From the NCBI GenBank assembly GCA_963827655.1, contig CAWHCF010000006.1, positions 256,001 through 320,000 of the forward strand: 64,000 nt of DNA. Reading direction: 5' to 3'. A program made the translations under genes and the position numbers. Under the pieces are notes generated by a model. The model did not search any database and was not told where the DNA came from. It was given only the letters and a program-made list of their open reading frames with translations. The DNA comes from an uncultured Acidobacteriota bacterium. GTDB taxonomy: Bacteria > Acidobacteriota > UBA6911. Each line of letters begins with the position of its first letter. Within the stretch, counting starts at the first letter, position 1. Shown piece after piece: positions 1-12,028 of this stretch.

Positions 1-234
1 AAGTATCGCCCCAGCCCGTTCTGTGTGCTGGACGAGGTAGACGCTCCCCTCGATGATGCCAACGTAAATCGGTTTACGCAGCTTATGTCGAAGTTGAGCG
101 ATGAGACTCAATTCATCATCATCACGCATAACAAAAGGACGATGGAGATCGCCGAGACGCTTTACGGTGTGACAATGGAGGAACCCGGCGTCTCGAAGAT
201 AGTCAGCGTGGATTTCCGGCCCAAGCACAACTGA
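1..234 (+). CDS. smc: Chromosome segregation protein SMC, C-terminal part (5' end outside window)
   Basis: [19 protein letters not shown] Walker B/D-loop and [12 protein letters not shown]...[17 protein letters not shown] are the conserved SMC C-terminus. Confidence 0.95.
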   Translation, partial: KYRPSPFCVLDEVDAPLDDANVNRFTQLMSKLSDETQFIIITHNKRTMEIAETLYGVTMEEPGVSKIVSVDFRPKHN

Positions 235-235
235 C

Positions 236-394
236 GATTTCAGATTGCGGATTTTATCATGATTGCGGATTGCAGATTGCGGATTGAACAAACGATGGCT
301 GATGTGGACCCAGCGTGATCGCGTGGAAGGTTTCCTCTCGCTCAGCCACTGGCTGTCTTCAATCCGCAATCCGCAATCTGCAATCCGACAATCG
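236..394. repeat. Inverted arrays of heptamer repeats (GATTGCG/GATTGCA vs CGCAATC/TGCAATC), REP/STRR-like
   Basis: gattgcggattgcagattgcggattg near 266-287 is mirrored by caatccgcaatccgcaatctgcaatccg near 360-388. Confidence 0.85.
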
Positions 395-407
395 AAAGGG
401 GGGATGC

Positions 408-1316
408 ATGAACCTGGTGGAAGACCAACCTAGACTCTGTATCGAAACCGACCTGCCTGAATTCCCGCTGGTCCGCAGGGGCAAAGTCCGGGATGTGTAC
501 GAAGTGGACGGCAAGCTCCTGATGATTGCAACCGATCGCATATCGGCTTTCGACGTCGTCCTTCCGACGCCTATACCGATGAAGGGCGCCGTCCTGACTC
601 AGATCTCCAGGTTTTGGTTTGACATGCTCCGGGACCTTGTGCCCAACCACATGGTGAGCGTGAACGTCGACGAATTCCCTGATCGGCTGAAGAAATATCG
701 TTCGCTGTTGCGCCTGAGAAGCACGCTCGCGCTCAAGGTGGAAATGTTTCCGGTGGAGTGCGTCGCGCGCGGGTATCTCTCCGGTTCAGGCTGGAAGGAG
801 TACCGTGAGACCGGGGAGATTTGCGGAATTCCGCTCCCCCAGGGGTTGCGCGAGAGCCATCCATTACCGGAGCCGATCTTCACCCCCGCGACCAAGGCCG
901 AGTCGGGCCACGATATGAATATTTCGTTTGAGGAGGTTGTGAAGATTGTAGGGCGAGAAACCGCCGAGCGGTTGAGGCAGCTCACGCTCGAGATCTACGG
1001 ACGGGCCGCTGACTATGCCATTCACAAAGGCATAATCATCGCCGATACCAAGCTCGAGTTCGGCCTTTACGACGGCAAGATCATTCTGTGCGACGAGGTC
1101 CTGACTCCGGATTCTTCGCGCTTCTGGCCTCGGGCGCACTATCGCCCCGGGCGCCCCCAACCGTCTTTCGACAAGCAATTTGTGCGTGATTACCTCGAAT
1201 CAATCAATTTCAACAAGCAGCCCCCCGGACCACCGCTGCCCGAAGCGGTGGTAAAGCAGACATCCGAGAAATACCTCGACGCCTACTCTTTCTTGACCGG
1301 TTCACCGTTGGCGTGA
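408..1316 (+). CDS. purC: Phosphoribosylaminoimidazole-succinocarboxamide (SAICAR) synthase
   Basis: RGKVRDVY, TDRISAFD, FTPATKAE, IIIADTKLEFG, DEVLTPDSSRFW, SFDKQFVRD; ATG at 408 follows a G-rich RBS, and the ORF extension upstream is repeat-derived. Confidence 0.97.
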   Translation: MNLVEDQPRLCIETDLPEFPLVRRGKVRDVYEVDGKLLMIATDRISAFDVVLPTPIPMKGAVLTQISRFWFDMLRDLVPNHMVSVNVDEFPDRLKKYRSLLRLRSTLALKVEMFPVECVARGYLSGSGWKEYRETGEICGIPLPQGLRESHPLPEPIFTPATKAESGHDMNISFEEVVKIVGRETAERLRQLTLEIYGRAADYAIHKGIIIADTKLEFGLYDGKIILCDEVLTPDSSRFWPRAHYRPGRPQPSFDKQFVRDYLESINFNKQPPGPPLPEAVVKQTSEKYLDAYSFLTGSPLA

Positions 1317-1334
1317 TCTTTCTTCTCGAGTAGC

Positions 1335-1418
1335 AAGTGCTGCGCATACTCTGCTAGTAGAGTCAAAGTGCTGTGAGGAAGTCCGACTCAGCACTTTTTA
1401 CTCAGCACTTTTTACTTT
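1335..1418. repeat. Intergenic inverted/tandem repeat (AAGTGCTG x2 vs ACTCAGCACTTTTT x2)
   Basis: Two aagtgctg copies followed by tandem actcagcacttttt copies that are complementary to them. Confidence 0.6.
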
Positions 1419-1439
1419 GATTGGCATATAACTCCAACC

Positions 1440-2495
1440 GTGGAGAACCTGTCGCATACCCTGGCCGGCATTGCCCTGAGCAGGGCCGGCTTGGAAAAAA
1501 AGACTGCGCTCGCAACCCCTATTCTCGCGGTCGCGGCCAATCTGCCCGACATAGATATCCTCGGATCTTTCATCGGAGAACACTACCTTGATTTTCATCG
1601 TGGAGTCACTCACGCCGCCGTCGGTCTGATGGGTCTGTCGCTGCTCATGGCGGGCGCAGCCTATGGAATCACGCGCACCAAGAAAACATGGGCCGAGTCG
1701 TCGAAATTCTTGCCCATCTTGTATGTTTGTTTCATAGGGCTGCTCTCTCATCCCTTGCTCGATTTTTTGAACGATTATGGCGTGCGCCCCTGGCTCCCGT
1801 TCAACGGTCGCCGGTACTATGGCGATCTGATCAGCATTGTCGACCCCTGGATCTGGCTGATCTTTTGGAGCGGGCTGGCGCTTGTGGCCGCGAGCCGTTT
1901 TCGCACGATAGTCTGGTTCGGGTTGGCACTGGTCATGGCGGGAGTTGTCGGTTTGGGCGTCAGCTGGTCGAGAGCGCTGCTCTGGATTACGGTGCTGGTC
2001 CTGGCGTCGGGGGCCGGGCGCGTTTTGCAACAGCGCGGGTTTCACCCCCCGCGAATGGCTCTTCTGGCTTTTGCCCTCTACCTCGCCGCCATGGTGATGG
2101 TCCGCTCGAAGGTAGTCGAGGCGGCTCGCGAGCTGGGACCCGCACTGATCCCGGAGCGTGTAGAAAAAATTGATGTGCTGCCGGCCCGTCCTGGACAGCA
2201 TCGCTGGAGAGTAATCCTGGAAACACCGGAAAAGTTTTACATTGCCGAGGTGGAATCCGGGGACTGGCGCGACCACCCGCCCGAGTTCCAGGCTTATTCA
2301 AAGAATCTCAACGACCCGTGCTATCTGCAGTCGCTGCCACAAAAGGAGATAGCAGCCATGGCGCGCTTCGCGCGGTTTCCTTCGGTCGACGTGCAGAAGT
2401 CCGGAGAGGCGTGCGTCGTTTACTTGCGCGACCTGCGCTACGCCCGCCAATCGGTAGCCGGCTGGGGTGTCGCCCGGGCCGTGGTCGAGCCGTAA
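1440..2495 (+). CDS. Inner-membrane metal-dependent hydrolase (YdjM/DUF457-like)
   Basis: MENLSHTLAG, AANLPDID, HRGVTH, SHPLLDFLNDYG motifs plus several TM segments. Confidence 0.85.
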   Translation: MENLSHTLAGIALSRAGLEKKTALATPILAVAANLPDIDILGSFIGEHYLDFHRGVTHAAVGLMGLSLLMAGAAYGITRTKKTWAESSKFLPILYVCFIGLLSHPLLDFLNDYGVRPWLPFNGRRYYGDLISIVDPWIWLIFWSGLALVAASRFRTIVWFGLALVMAGVVGLGVSWSRALLWITVLVLASGAGRVLQQRGFHPPRMALLAFALYLAAMVMVRSKVVEAARELGPALIPERVEKIDVLPARPGQHRWRVILETPEKFYIAEVESGDWRDHPPEFQAYSKNLNDPCYLQSLPQKEIAAMARFARFPSVDVQKSGEACVVYLRDLRYARQSVAGWGVARAVVEP

Positions 2496-2497
2496 GC

Positions 2498-2594
2498 AAT
2501 TGCAGATTGTCGATTGCGGATTGAGAAAGCTATGTTGCATCCGGCCGTAGAATTAGCCGCAGTGGTTCAATCTGCAATCCGAAATCCGCAATCG
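2498..2594. repeat. Second copy of the inverted heptamer repeat element
   Basis: attgcagattgtcgattgcggattga ... ttcaatctgcaatccgaaatccgcaatcg, the same family as 236-394. Confidence 0.8.
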
Positions 2595-2844
2595 GGAGAA
2601 TGTGCTTGCAAAGAATTTTTTGCGAAGCGTAGAATGTCTCGCCTTTTGCGTTCCCCATTCAGCTGAGTCAGCTGCACGGTCGCGAAATGCGGTTGTGACG
2701 GACCATGGGGGATTGATTCATCACATTTTTCCGCTCATGAATCGGCAAGCGTTCTCACCGGTATGCCTTTTTTCAAAGACACCCGAAGGAGCCGTTTTCC
2801 CGCAGGTAACAAACCGACATTCGCAGCGGGCCGAGGGAAGCTAA

Positions 2845-3390
2845 ATGCCTGCTTCGTGGACCTGGCTGGACTACACCTTTGTCATCATCATCGTCTTCTC
2901 GACCGTCTTCGCTCTGACAAAAGGAATCGCGCGCGAGATCATCAGCCTGGTGGCGCTCGCGGGCGGATTCATCTTCGCGGCATATTCCTATCATACGGTG
3001 GCCCGCGTCTTTGCCGATTACACCCGTACCCAAACCTTGGCGAATCTGCTCGGTTTCCTGGTCATATTCTTGAGCATCATCCTGGTGGGTTCGATTGCCG
3101 CCTACGTTGCGAATCGCTTCGTCAAGATGGCTTCACTCGAATGGTTTGATCGATTGCTGGGCGGAGTCTTCGGCTTCCTTCGAGGCTGGGCCGTAACCTC
3201 GATCATTGTCCTCGCCCTGATCGCGTTTCCGGTACGCGACAACCTGGTCGCACAGTCACAACTCGCTCCCTACCTGCTCGCGGGCGCGCGGGCGGCAGTG
3301 CTGGTGGTGCCGCAGGAATTAAGAGATCGATTTCATGAAGAGTACAGGAAGGTATTGGAGGCCTGGAATCGCAACAGGAGCATGATATGA
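2845..3390 (+). CDS. cvpA: CvpA family (colicin V production) membrane protein
   Basis: WLDYTFVII...KGIAREIISL and DRLLGGVFGFLRG signatures. Confidence 0.9.
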   Translation: MPASWTWLDYTFVIIIVFSTVFALTKGIAREIISLVALAGGFIFAAYSYHTVARVFADYTRTQTLANLLGFLVIFLSIILVGSIAAYVANRFVKMASLEWFDRLLGGVFGFLRGWAVTSIIVLALIAFPVRDNLVAQSQLAPYLLAGARAAVLVVPQELRDRFHEEYRKVLEAWNRNRSMI

Positions 3391-3629
3391 GCGACTCCAC
3401 TAAACCGCCGCCAAGACTAAAAGATCGACTGGAAGCCATCTGCGTCGAAATGATCGATCGAGGAATTCTGTTCTCCGAGGCGGTAGCGCAGTTTGAAAAG
3501 TGCTTCATCGCGGAATTGGTCGATCGTAATGATGGCAACCTGGTTCGCTCAGCCAAACGCCTCGGAATGCATCGAAACACTCTCGCCAAAAAGATCGCAG
3601 TCTACAAAATCAAGCAAAGAAGCCGGTAG
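3387..3629 (+). CDS. Small Fis-family helix-turn-helix protein
   Basis: FEKCFIAELVDRNDGNLVRSAKRLGMHRNTLAKKI is a Fis-type HTH; overlaps the cvpA stop (ATGA). Confidence 0.85.
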   Translation: MSDSTKPPPRLKDRLEAICVEMIDRGILFSEAVAQFEKCFIAELVDRNDGNLVRSAKRLGMHRNTLAKKIAVYKIKQRSR

Positions 3630-3645
3630 CCCGCCAGCTTTTTCG

Positions 3646-3675
3646 TTGACAAGAGTGGAAACGCTCCTATATATT
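3646..3675 (+). promoter_or_regulatory. Sigma70-type promoter of groESL
   Basis: TTGACA at 3646-3651 and TATATA/TATATT at 3668-3675. Confidence 0.7.
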
Positions 3676-3699
3676 AGCACTCGTTTTAGTGAGTGCTAA
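3674..3699. promoter_or_regulatory. CIRCE element (HrcA operator)
   Basis: TTAGCACTC-gttttagt-GAGTGCTAA directly upstream of groES; spacer reads 8 nt versus the canonical 9. Confidence 0.92.
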
Positions 3700-3756
3700 T
3701 TCCATATCCTAAATAAAGAAATAAAACAACTTAGGTGAACAGGAGGAGAATAGCCT

Positions 3757-4074
3757 ATGCAAATAAGACCTCTGCATGACCGCGTGATAGTAAAGCGGGT
3801 TGAGGAAAAAGAAGTGTTGAAAGGGGGCATTATCATCCCCGACACCGCCAAGGAAAAACCCATGGAGGGTGAAGTCGTGGCGGTAGGGCCTGGAAAAACT
3901 ACGGAAGATGGCAAGCGTACGGCTCTTGATGTCAAGGCCGGCGACCGAGTCCTGTTCGGGAAGTACGCGGGAACCGAGATCAAGATCGATGAACAGGATT
4001 ACGTGATCATGCGCGAGGAGGAAATCCTCGCGGTTTTTGAGGCGGCTGCGACCAAGAAGAGCTCGTCCAGGTAA
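3757..4074 (+). CDS. groES: Co-chaperonin GroES
   Basis: [40 protein letters not shown]; AGGAGG RBS. Confidence 0.99.
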   Translation: MQIRPLHDRVIVKRVEEKEVLKGGIIIPDTAKEKPMEGEVVAVGPGKTTEDGKRTALDVKAGDRVLFGKYAGTEIKIDEQDYVIMREEEILAVFEAAATKKSSSR

Positions 4075-4089
4075 GAGCCAAACATTTGA

Positions 4090-5737
<1,648 letters not shown>

Positions 5738-5764
5738 CCCGGGCCACCCGCAAAGGAACAAGCC

Positions 5765-5809
5765 GTGCCACGCATCCCGAGAAGTCAGGGGTGCGTGGCA
5801 CTTTTTTTT
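5765..5809 (+). terminator. Rho-independent terminator after groEL
   Basis: gtgccacgcatccc...ggggtgcgtggcac stem followed by T8. Confidence 0.9.
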
Positions 5810-6201
5810 GGCGCGGGCGAACTGCCGGCCTCTGCGTCAGGGCTTTTGAGGGCCCGCAAGGGCCGACAGGAATAGGCCTGACCTGCGCGGCAACGTGGTT
5901 TATCGCGGCGGGAGAAGCAATATTTGACTCAATCGATTCCTGCTACAGACCGAGCCTGGTAAAGATTCGAGAGCGCATATGAAGCGCGTGAGGAGACGAA
6001 GGAGCGATCTTCGCGTAGCTCTGGGCGGCGGGCAGGGCGAATGCGCATGTTCTCTACCTGCTGGGACCTAAACGTACCATGGAACCCAGGGAAGAGGGAT
6101 AGCCCGCCGCCGGTTCTGATCATCATCAGCGTGACTTTCGCCTGTGACGATCGGCCGCAGCTTCACGTCGGACCGCTTGACCTCTTTACCGGATGTTTTT
6201 T

Positions 6202-6228
6202 GAATCGTCAATCGTCAATCGTCAATCG
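6202..6228 (+). repeat. Tandem heptamer (CAATCGT)n
   Basis: aatcgtcaatcgtcaatcgtcaatcg; the same array recurs at ~7915-7945. Confidence 0.8.
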
Positions 6229-6279
6229 CTTAATGGCTGCTTGCTTTTTTCGATCGCGGCGGTAAGATGCTCTCCTACC

Positions 6280-7966
6280 GTGGAGACTGCTGCTCGTAGC
6301 GCATTCCTCTCTTCCCTGTTGCTTCTCCTCCTGTTTTTTGCGACCGTTCTCTTCCGGATTGGAGCTCTCCCGCTGACGGGCGCCGACGAGCCCCGATACG
6401 CGCGGGTTGCGGAAGAAATGTGGCGCGCGGGGCGATGGGTGACGCCGTTGCTGGAAGGGCGTCCCTGGCTCGAAAAACCTCCCCTCTACTATTGGATTAC
6501 CATACCGCACTACGCCGTGCTCGGTCCCACCGAGACCGCCGCCCGGCTCGGACCGGCGTTCTGTCTGCTAATCAGTTCACTCACGGTCTGGTGGCTCGGG
6601 CGGAGGCTGCTGAATCCGCTGGCCGGTCTTTATGCGGGGATGATACTCCTCACCGCCGTCGGTTTTGTAGCTTTCGGAAGAAGCGCCTCAACCGACATGC
6701 CTTTTGTGGCATGTCTCACCGTTTCGCTCGCATTGTTTTGTTTTGCCACAATCCATACCGGGGGGGCCGTGTGGGCGCTTCTGGGTGGCTACATCTTTCT
6801 TGGACTTGCTGTTCTGGGTAAGGGACCGGTCACAATCGTTCTGGTTATCGGAACCCTATCGCTCTTTTGGTGGCTGGACGAGCAAGGCGGCGCTATCCGT
6901 AAACTACGCGTCCTGCCGGGGGTCTTTATTGCGGCAGCTGTGGCTGTTCCATGGTTCGTTCTTGCCTTCCGCGACAATGGTTTCGCTTTCCTATCGGTCT
7001 TCTTCATTAACCATAATCTGATGCGATATCGTGACCGACATCCATCACCATGCGGAGCCCTTTTACTATTACGTTCCGGTATTCTTCGGAATTCTGTTTC
7101 CCTGGAGCGGATGGCTACCGCTTCTGGCGCAGGGAATTCATCGGGGAAAGTTGAGTCCAAGACGGGAATGGAACCGGACGGAACTCTTCCTCGCCTGTTG
7201 GTGTATTTTCCCGCTGATTTTCTTTTCCCTCTCGGAATCCAAGCTCTCGGGGTATATCCTGCCGTCCCTTCCCGCGGTCGCCCTCCTGTTAGGGAACCGC
7301 CTCAGCGCGGTGCAGCAAGACCGGCCGGGCGCGTTCGCCCTGTGGTTCTATCTCGGCGTCTCGGTGACGATAGCCGCGGCGCTGGTAGCCGTTTTTCAGA
7401 TCCGCTACGGCGGCCGGTGGCAAACGGGCCTGTTGCTCGCCGTAATCGCGCTGCTCCCTGCTCTTGCCGTCTGCTGGCGGGGGCTTCGAGGCCGAAACAA
7501 GTTTTTGCCGGCCTTGACGCTTTTCCACGGACTTATTCTTATCATCGGCGCCACCCAATTCGTGTTTCCCGTGCTCGGCGCATACCACTCCACTCGTGAC
7601 ATTGCCCGCCAGGCCTTGGCCGTACGTGAGGGGGGTGAGCCTATCGTTACTTACCTTTTTTTCCACCACACCCTGAATTACTATACGGATTATCAGATTA
7701 CGGGCGATCTTAAGGAACCGCAGGCGGTTGCTCGATTTGCGCAATCGAACCCGAGCTTCCTCCTCGTGACCGAGACACACCGGGTCGGTGACATCAACCA
7801 CCTGGAAGGTCTGACCGTCTCGTCCAAAGGCTCACAGGGGAAGCTGCGCCTGTTCCATGTCTCCCGCTCGGCCGGAGGCCCAAAGGCAGGATTGACGAAA
7901 TCCGCGCCAGCCCCATCGTCAATCGTCAATCGTCAATCGTCAATCCCCCGATTCCCCCTGCCTTGA
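6280..7966 (+). CDS. ArnT/PMT family (GT83-like) integral membrane glycosyltransferase, frameshift near 7030
   Basis: DEPRYARVAEEM...GRWVTPLLEGRPWLEKPPLYYW, LAVLGKGP, HHHAEPFYYYVP, SKLSGYILP; two ORFs (6193-7599, 7031-7966) join into one gene. Confidence 0.88.
7915..7945 (+). repeat. Tandem heptamer (CAATCGT)n within the 3' end of the ArnT-like ORF
   Basis: atcgtcaatcgtcaatcgtcaatcgtcaatc, translated as SSIVNRQSSI. Confidence 0.8.
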
Positions 7967-8022
7967 CTCGGAAAATAGGGGATAGTAAGCTGCCTCATGT
8001 CTACTCGGCTGTTCGAGGAATA

Positions 8023-9435
8023 ATGCTGCGCATCTACAACACCCTGACCAACTCGAAGGAGGAATTTCGCCCTGCCGAACCAGGTGTAGTCCGCTTCTAC
8101 ACGTGTGGTCCCACGGTCTACGACTTCGCTCACATTGGAAACTTCCGAACCTTTGTATTCCAGGACTTGTTGCGGCGTTATCTCCGGTTTCGGGATTACC
8201 GTGTGATTCATGTCATGAACATCACAGATGTTGATGACCGGACCATCCAGATGGCTCGAACTCAAGGGATTTCACTTGTGGAATATACGGCCAGGTATAC
8301 CGAGGCATTCCTGGAAGACAGCAAGAGGCTGGGTCTTCAAGCCCCCGACTTCATGCCTCGGGCGACCGGCCACATCCCGGAGATGGTGCAGCTGATCCGG
8401 CGCCTGGAAGAGAGGGGCTATACCTACCGGCGCGACGGTTCGATCTACTTCAGCATCGCGCGCTTCCCTGAGTACGGCAAATTGAGCAAGCAGGATTTCA
8501 AGGGAATGCAAGCCGGGGCGCGCGTCGATAACGATCGCTATGACAAAGACGAGGCTCGAGACTTCGTACTCTGGAAGGCGCGCAAGGAGGGAGAGGACTT
8601 CTGGGAAACCGAGATCGGGCCCGGGCGTCCGGGCTGGCATATCGAGTGCTCGGCCATGAGCATGAAGTACCTCGGGGAAAGCTTCGATCTTCATTGCGGC
8701 GGGATCGATCTTGTTTTCCCGCACCATGAGAACGAGATCGCCCAGAGTGAGTGCGCCACCGGGAAACCCTTCGTGCACTACTGGGTACATCCGGAGTTTC
8801 TGGTGGTCGAGGGCGAGAAAATGTCGAAGTCCCTGGGGAATTTCTTCACTCTGCGCGATCTTCTGGCCCAGGGACATTCGCCGCAAGCGATCCGCTATCT
8901 GCTTCTCTCGGTACATTATCGCAAGCAGCTGAACTTCACGATGGATGGGCTGCGACAGGCGGAGTCCTCCATCCAGCGGCTCGAAGACTTCCGTCAAAGA
9001 ATGACGGAGCTTGCAGACGGGAGCGATCCTTGTCCCGAATTTGCCGCCCAAATCGGGTCGGCACAAGCCAGTTTTATTGAAGCAATGGACGATGACCTGA
9101 ACATCTCAGCCGCGCTCGGAGTGATTTTCGACTTTATCCGTTCCACTTACCAGACCCACGACCAGGGAAGGATCAGCCGCGGAGACGCCCGGGCGGCCGT
9201 CGACTTTGTTCTGGAAGTAGACCAGGTGCTCGGGGTGATGCGGCCGCAGCCCGAGCTGCTCGATGAAGAGATTGCGCGTCGAATCGAAGAGCGCCAGGCG
9301 GCCCGGCGGCGAAGAGACTTCGCCGAGGCTGACCGAATACGGGATTGGCTGTCCTCCCAGGGAATTCAACTTGAAGATACACGAGAAGGTATTCGGTGGA
9401 AGAGAATCCACAAAAGCGACCTTACCCAGAATTAA
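8023..9435 (+). CDS. cysS: Cysteine--tRNA ligase
   Basis: YTCGPTVYDFAHIGNFR, GRPGWHIECSAMS, FPHHENEIAQSE, KMSKS; ATG at 8023 follows GAGG. Confidence 0.98.
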   Translation: MLRIYNTLTNSKEEFRPAEPGVVRFYTCGPTVYDFAHIGNFRTFVFQDLLRRYLRFRDYRVIHVMNITDVDDRTIQMARTQGISLVEYTARYTEAFLEDSKRLGLQAPDFMPRATGHIPEMVQLIRRLEERGYTYRRDGSIYFSIARFPEYGKLSKQDFKGMQAGARVDNDRYDKDEARDFVLWKARKEGEDFWETEIGPGRPGWHIECSAMSMKYLGESFDLHCGGIDLVFPHHENEIAQSECATGKPFVHYWVHPEFLVVEGEKMSKSLGNFFTLRDLLAQGHSPQAIRYLLLSVHYRKQLNFTMDGLRQAESSIQRLEDFRQRMTELADGSDPCPEFAAQIGSAQASFIEAMDDDLNISAALGVIFDFIRSTYQTHDQGRISRGDARAAVDFVLEVDQVLGVMRPQPELLDEEIARRIEERQAARRRRDFAEADRIRDWLSSQGIQLEDTREGIRWKRIHKSDLTQN

Positions 9436-10759
9436 GCATCCTCTACCCGGACCTAAAGCGAGAAAGATCCTCACAGAGGACCTGACCTATATCTCGCCTT
9501 CCTATACCCGCAATTATCCCCTCGTGGCGGAAAGCGGGTCGGGTGCTATGGTGAAGGACGTCGACGGCAACATCTTCCTCGACTTTGCCGCCGGCATCGC
9601 CGTGTGCGCTACGGGCCACTCGCATCCTGAAGTAGTCCAGGCCATTCATGCGCAATCGCAGAAGCTGATCCATATTTCCGGAACTGACTTCTATCTTCCC
9701 AACATGGTGGAGCTGGCGAAGCGTCTGTGCGAGCTTACGCCGGGCACTTTTCCCAAGAAGGTCTATTTCGGAAATTCGGGGGCGGAGGCGATCGAGGCCG
9801 CGATGAAGCTGGCCCGATATCATACCCGCCGCAAGAACTTCATCGCCTTTTACAACTGCTTTCATGGCCGTACCTTTGGCGCGCTTTCGCTCACTTCCAG
9901 CAAGACGGTCCAGCGGAGAAACTTCGGTCCTTTTGTGCCCGGGGCCTACCACTCCCCCTATGCGTATTGCTACCGGTGTCCCATCAATCTTGCCTATCCG
10001 TCATGTGAAATCGCCTGTGCCCACTTCATTGAGAGCACACTCTTCAAGACGGTCGTGGAACCGGAATCGGTCGCCGCCATCGTGGTCGAGCCGATCCTGG
10101 GGGAAGGGGGGTACGTCGTTCCTCCGAAGGAGTTCTTCCGGATACTGACCGAGATTGCCGACCGGCATGGGATTCTCATTATTGCCGACGAAGTTCAGTC
10201 GGGTATGGGGCGAACCGGGAAATTCTGGGCCAGCGAGCACTTCGATTTCGTTCCCGATATTGTCGCCACGGCCAAGGGGATTGCGTCCGGCCTCCCGCTG
10301 AGCGCAATCGTCGCCCGCGCAGACCTGATGGACTGGACGCCGGGGGCTCACGCATCGACGTTCGGCGGAAATCCGATATCGTGCGCGGCGGCATTGAAAA
10401 CCATCGAGCTGATCGAGAAAGGTTACATGGAAAACGCGCGCATTCAGGGGGAGTACCTGGCTCAGAAACTGCAGCGCTTGAAGGATCGGTATCCCGTGGT
10501 CGGTGATGCTCGGGGACTGGGGCTGATGCAGGCCATTGAAATCATCAAACCTCGTGCCGTGAAAGACACCAAGAACAAACTGCTACGGGATCGCATCTTG
10601 CAGGAAGCATTCCAGCGAGGACTCCTGCTGCTGGGTTGCGGTGAAAACAGCGTTCGCTTCTGCCCTCCCTTGCCGATCACCAGTGAACAGATCGACTGTT
10701 GCGCGAACATCCTCGAAGAATGCCTGGAGGCCGTCTCACGCAGCCCGCGACTAACCTGA
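9371..10759 (+). CDS. Class III PLP aminotransferase (4-aminobutyrate/acetylornithine family); start uncertain
   Basis: DVDGNIFLDF, NSGAEAIEAA, FHGRTFG, IADEVQSGMGRTG, AKGIASG, STFGGNP. Confidence 0.93.
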   Translation: MKIHEKVFGGRESTKATLPRIKHPLPGPKARKILTEDLTYISPSYTRNYPLVAESGSGAMVKDVDGNIFLDFAAGIAVCATGHSHPEVVQAIHAQSQKLIHISGTDFYLPNMVELAKRLCELTPGTFPKKVYFGNSGAEAIEAAMKLARYHTRRKNFIAFYNCFHGRTFGALSLTSSKTVQRRNFGPFVPGAYHSPYAYCYRCPINLAYPSCEIACAHFIESTLFKTVVEPESVAAIVVEPILGEGGYVVPPKEFFRILTEIADRHGILIIADEVQSGMGRTGKFWASEHFDFVPDIVATAKGIASGLPLSAIVARADLMDWTPGAHASTFGGNPISCAAALKTIELIEKGYMENARIQGEYLAQKLQRLKDRYPVVGDARGLGLMQAIEIIKPRAVKDTKNKLLRDRILQEAFQRGLLLLGCGENSVRFCPPLPITSEQIDCCANILEECLEAVSRSPRLT

Positions 10760-10842
10760 CAACCCGGCGAGTCTTCCGAGTACTTGGTCGCTCTTCTGTC
10801 CTGGTGGTGAAATGGTTCGGCCGCGGGCGAAACGTTAAGGGC

Positions 10843-11202
10843 ATGCTGGCCGAACATCTTCGGCAAGGACGGCTGGGAGAGCGGATTGCCGGGCGTTTCT
10901 TGATCAAGCAAGGATTCGACATTCTGGCGCGGCGGTTTCGCGGCCGGGCAGGAGAGGTGGACCTGGTAGGGATCGATGGTGAGACCCTGGTATTCGTCGA
11001 AGTAAAGACCCGGGCATCCCGGGAGTTCGGCGATCCCTGGGAATTCGTCGATTGGCAGAAGCAGCAGAGTCTTCGCAGGGTCGCCGAGGAGTTCATTGCC
11101 CGCTACGATCTGGGGCAGTATGCGTACCGATTCGATATCGTGTCGGTGGTCGCGCCGGGCACTGCGGAGGAAGAAGTCTTGCTCTTACGCAACGCTTTCT
11201 AG
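10843..11202 (+). CDS. yraN: YraN family (UPF0102) putative endonuclease
   Basis: GRLGERIA...GEVDLV...LVFVEVKTR...YRFDIVSV. Confidence 0.9.
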   Translation: MLAEHLRQGRLGERIAGRFLIKQGFDILARRFRGRAGEVDLVGIDGETLVFVEVKTRASREFGDPWEFVDWQKQQSLRRVAEEFIARYDLGQYAYRFDIVSVVAPGTAEEEVLLLRNAF

Positions 11203-11307
11203 AGTCTGGTCTTTTTCTTGTGTCCTTGCGCCTCGGCGCTGAGGCTCAAAATCGTTTGACCCCAATTTTTGGCTTTGTTAATATCCACTCGCTTAAAACC
11301 AGTGGGA

Positions 11308-11382
<75 letters not shown>

Positions 11383-11479
11383 AACAAACCAAATAATCCC
11401 AACAATTTATAGAGAATCCATGAGAAACCGCGGATTCGCGTTGCCAGGGTGCGCCTGGGGTGCGGATTTGCCGTTGCGT

Positions 11480-12014
11480 CCGGGCAGGATATTGACGAAC
11501 CCCCGGTTCGCTCCAGGCAGCAGCCTTCCATACCGCTTGACGGTCATCTCGTGTCGCCTTGCTATGGTGAGAGATAACTCCGCTGGACCTTGATGAATTT
11601 GCTATACCCCAGTCGATGTCGCCCGACTCCAGGCCAGCGAGCGGAGGAGCGGAGTCGGACCTTTCCCCGCATAGATTCACGGATCGGTACGAGGTGGACG
11701 ATCAGCTCGGTTTTCAGCTCGGGAACCTGGATTCGGATCGATCGGTTCAGCATGGCCTGCAGTTGCTGCCGTCTGCGTTGCGCACTCTCACCCGGCCTGA
11801 GCTGCCGGAGAAATGGCCGTGCACAATTGAATGAATCGGTCGAGTCGATGATCGCCGCCTCCAGTCGCAGTGGAGCGGAATCGATCCTCCCGCATAGATC
11901 TCACGGATCAGTTGGACGTCGCTCTTTCAGTCGGGAACCTGGGTTCGGATCGATCGGTTCAGCATGGCCTGCAGTTGCTGCCGTCTGCGTTCTGCACTCT
12001 CACCCGGCCTGAGC
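11480..12014 (-). pseudogene. Degenerate, tandemly duplicated fragments of an ABC/ADOP-type permease
   Basis: Minus strand reads LRPGESAQR..QQLQAMLNRSIRIQVPELKTELIVHLVPIRE, resembling the permease periplasmic-to-TM junction; ~200 bp duplicated with a 48-nt identical core. Confidence 0.5.
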
Positions 12015-12028
12015 CGCAGGCGCAATGG

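Noticed and set aside
1373-1392. GAGGAAGTCCG resembling the RNase P RNA 5' motif
   Set aside because: The intergenic space is only ~120 bp and no other RNase P helices are present
236-2594. CRISPR array suggested by the repeats
   Set aside because: The units are 7-mers in inverted arrays, not 23-47 bp repeats with regular unique spacers, and there are no cas genes
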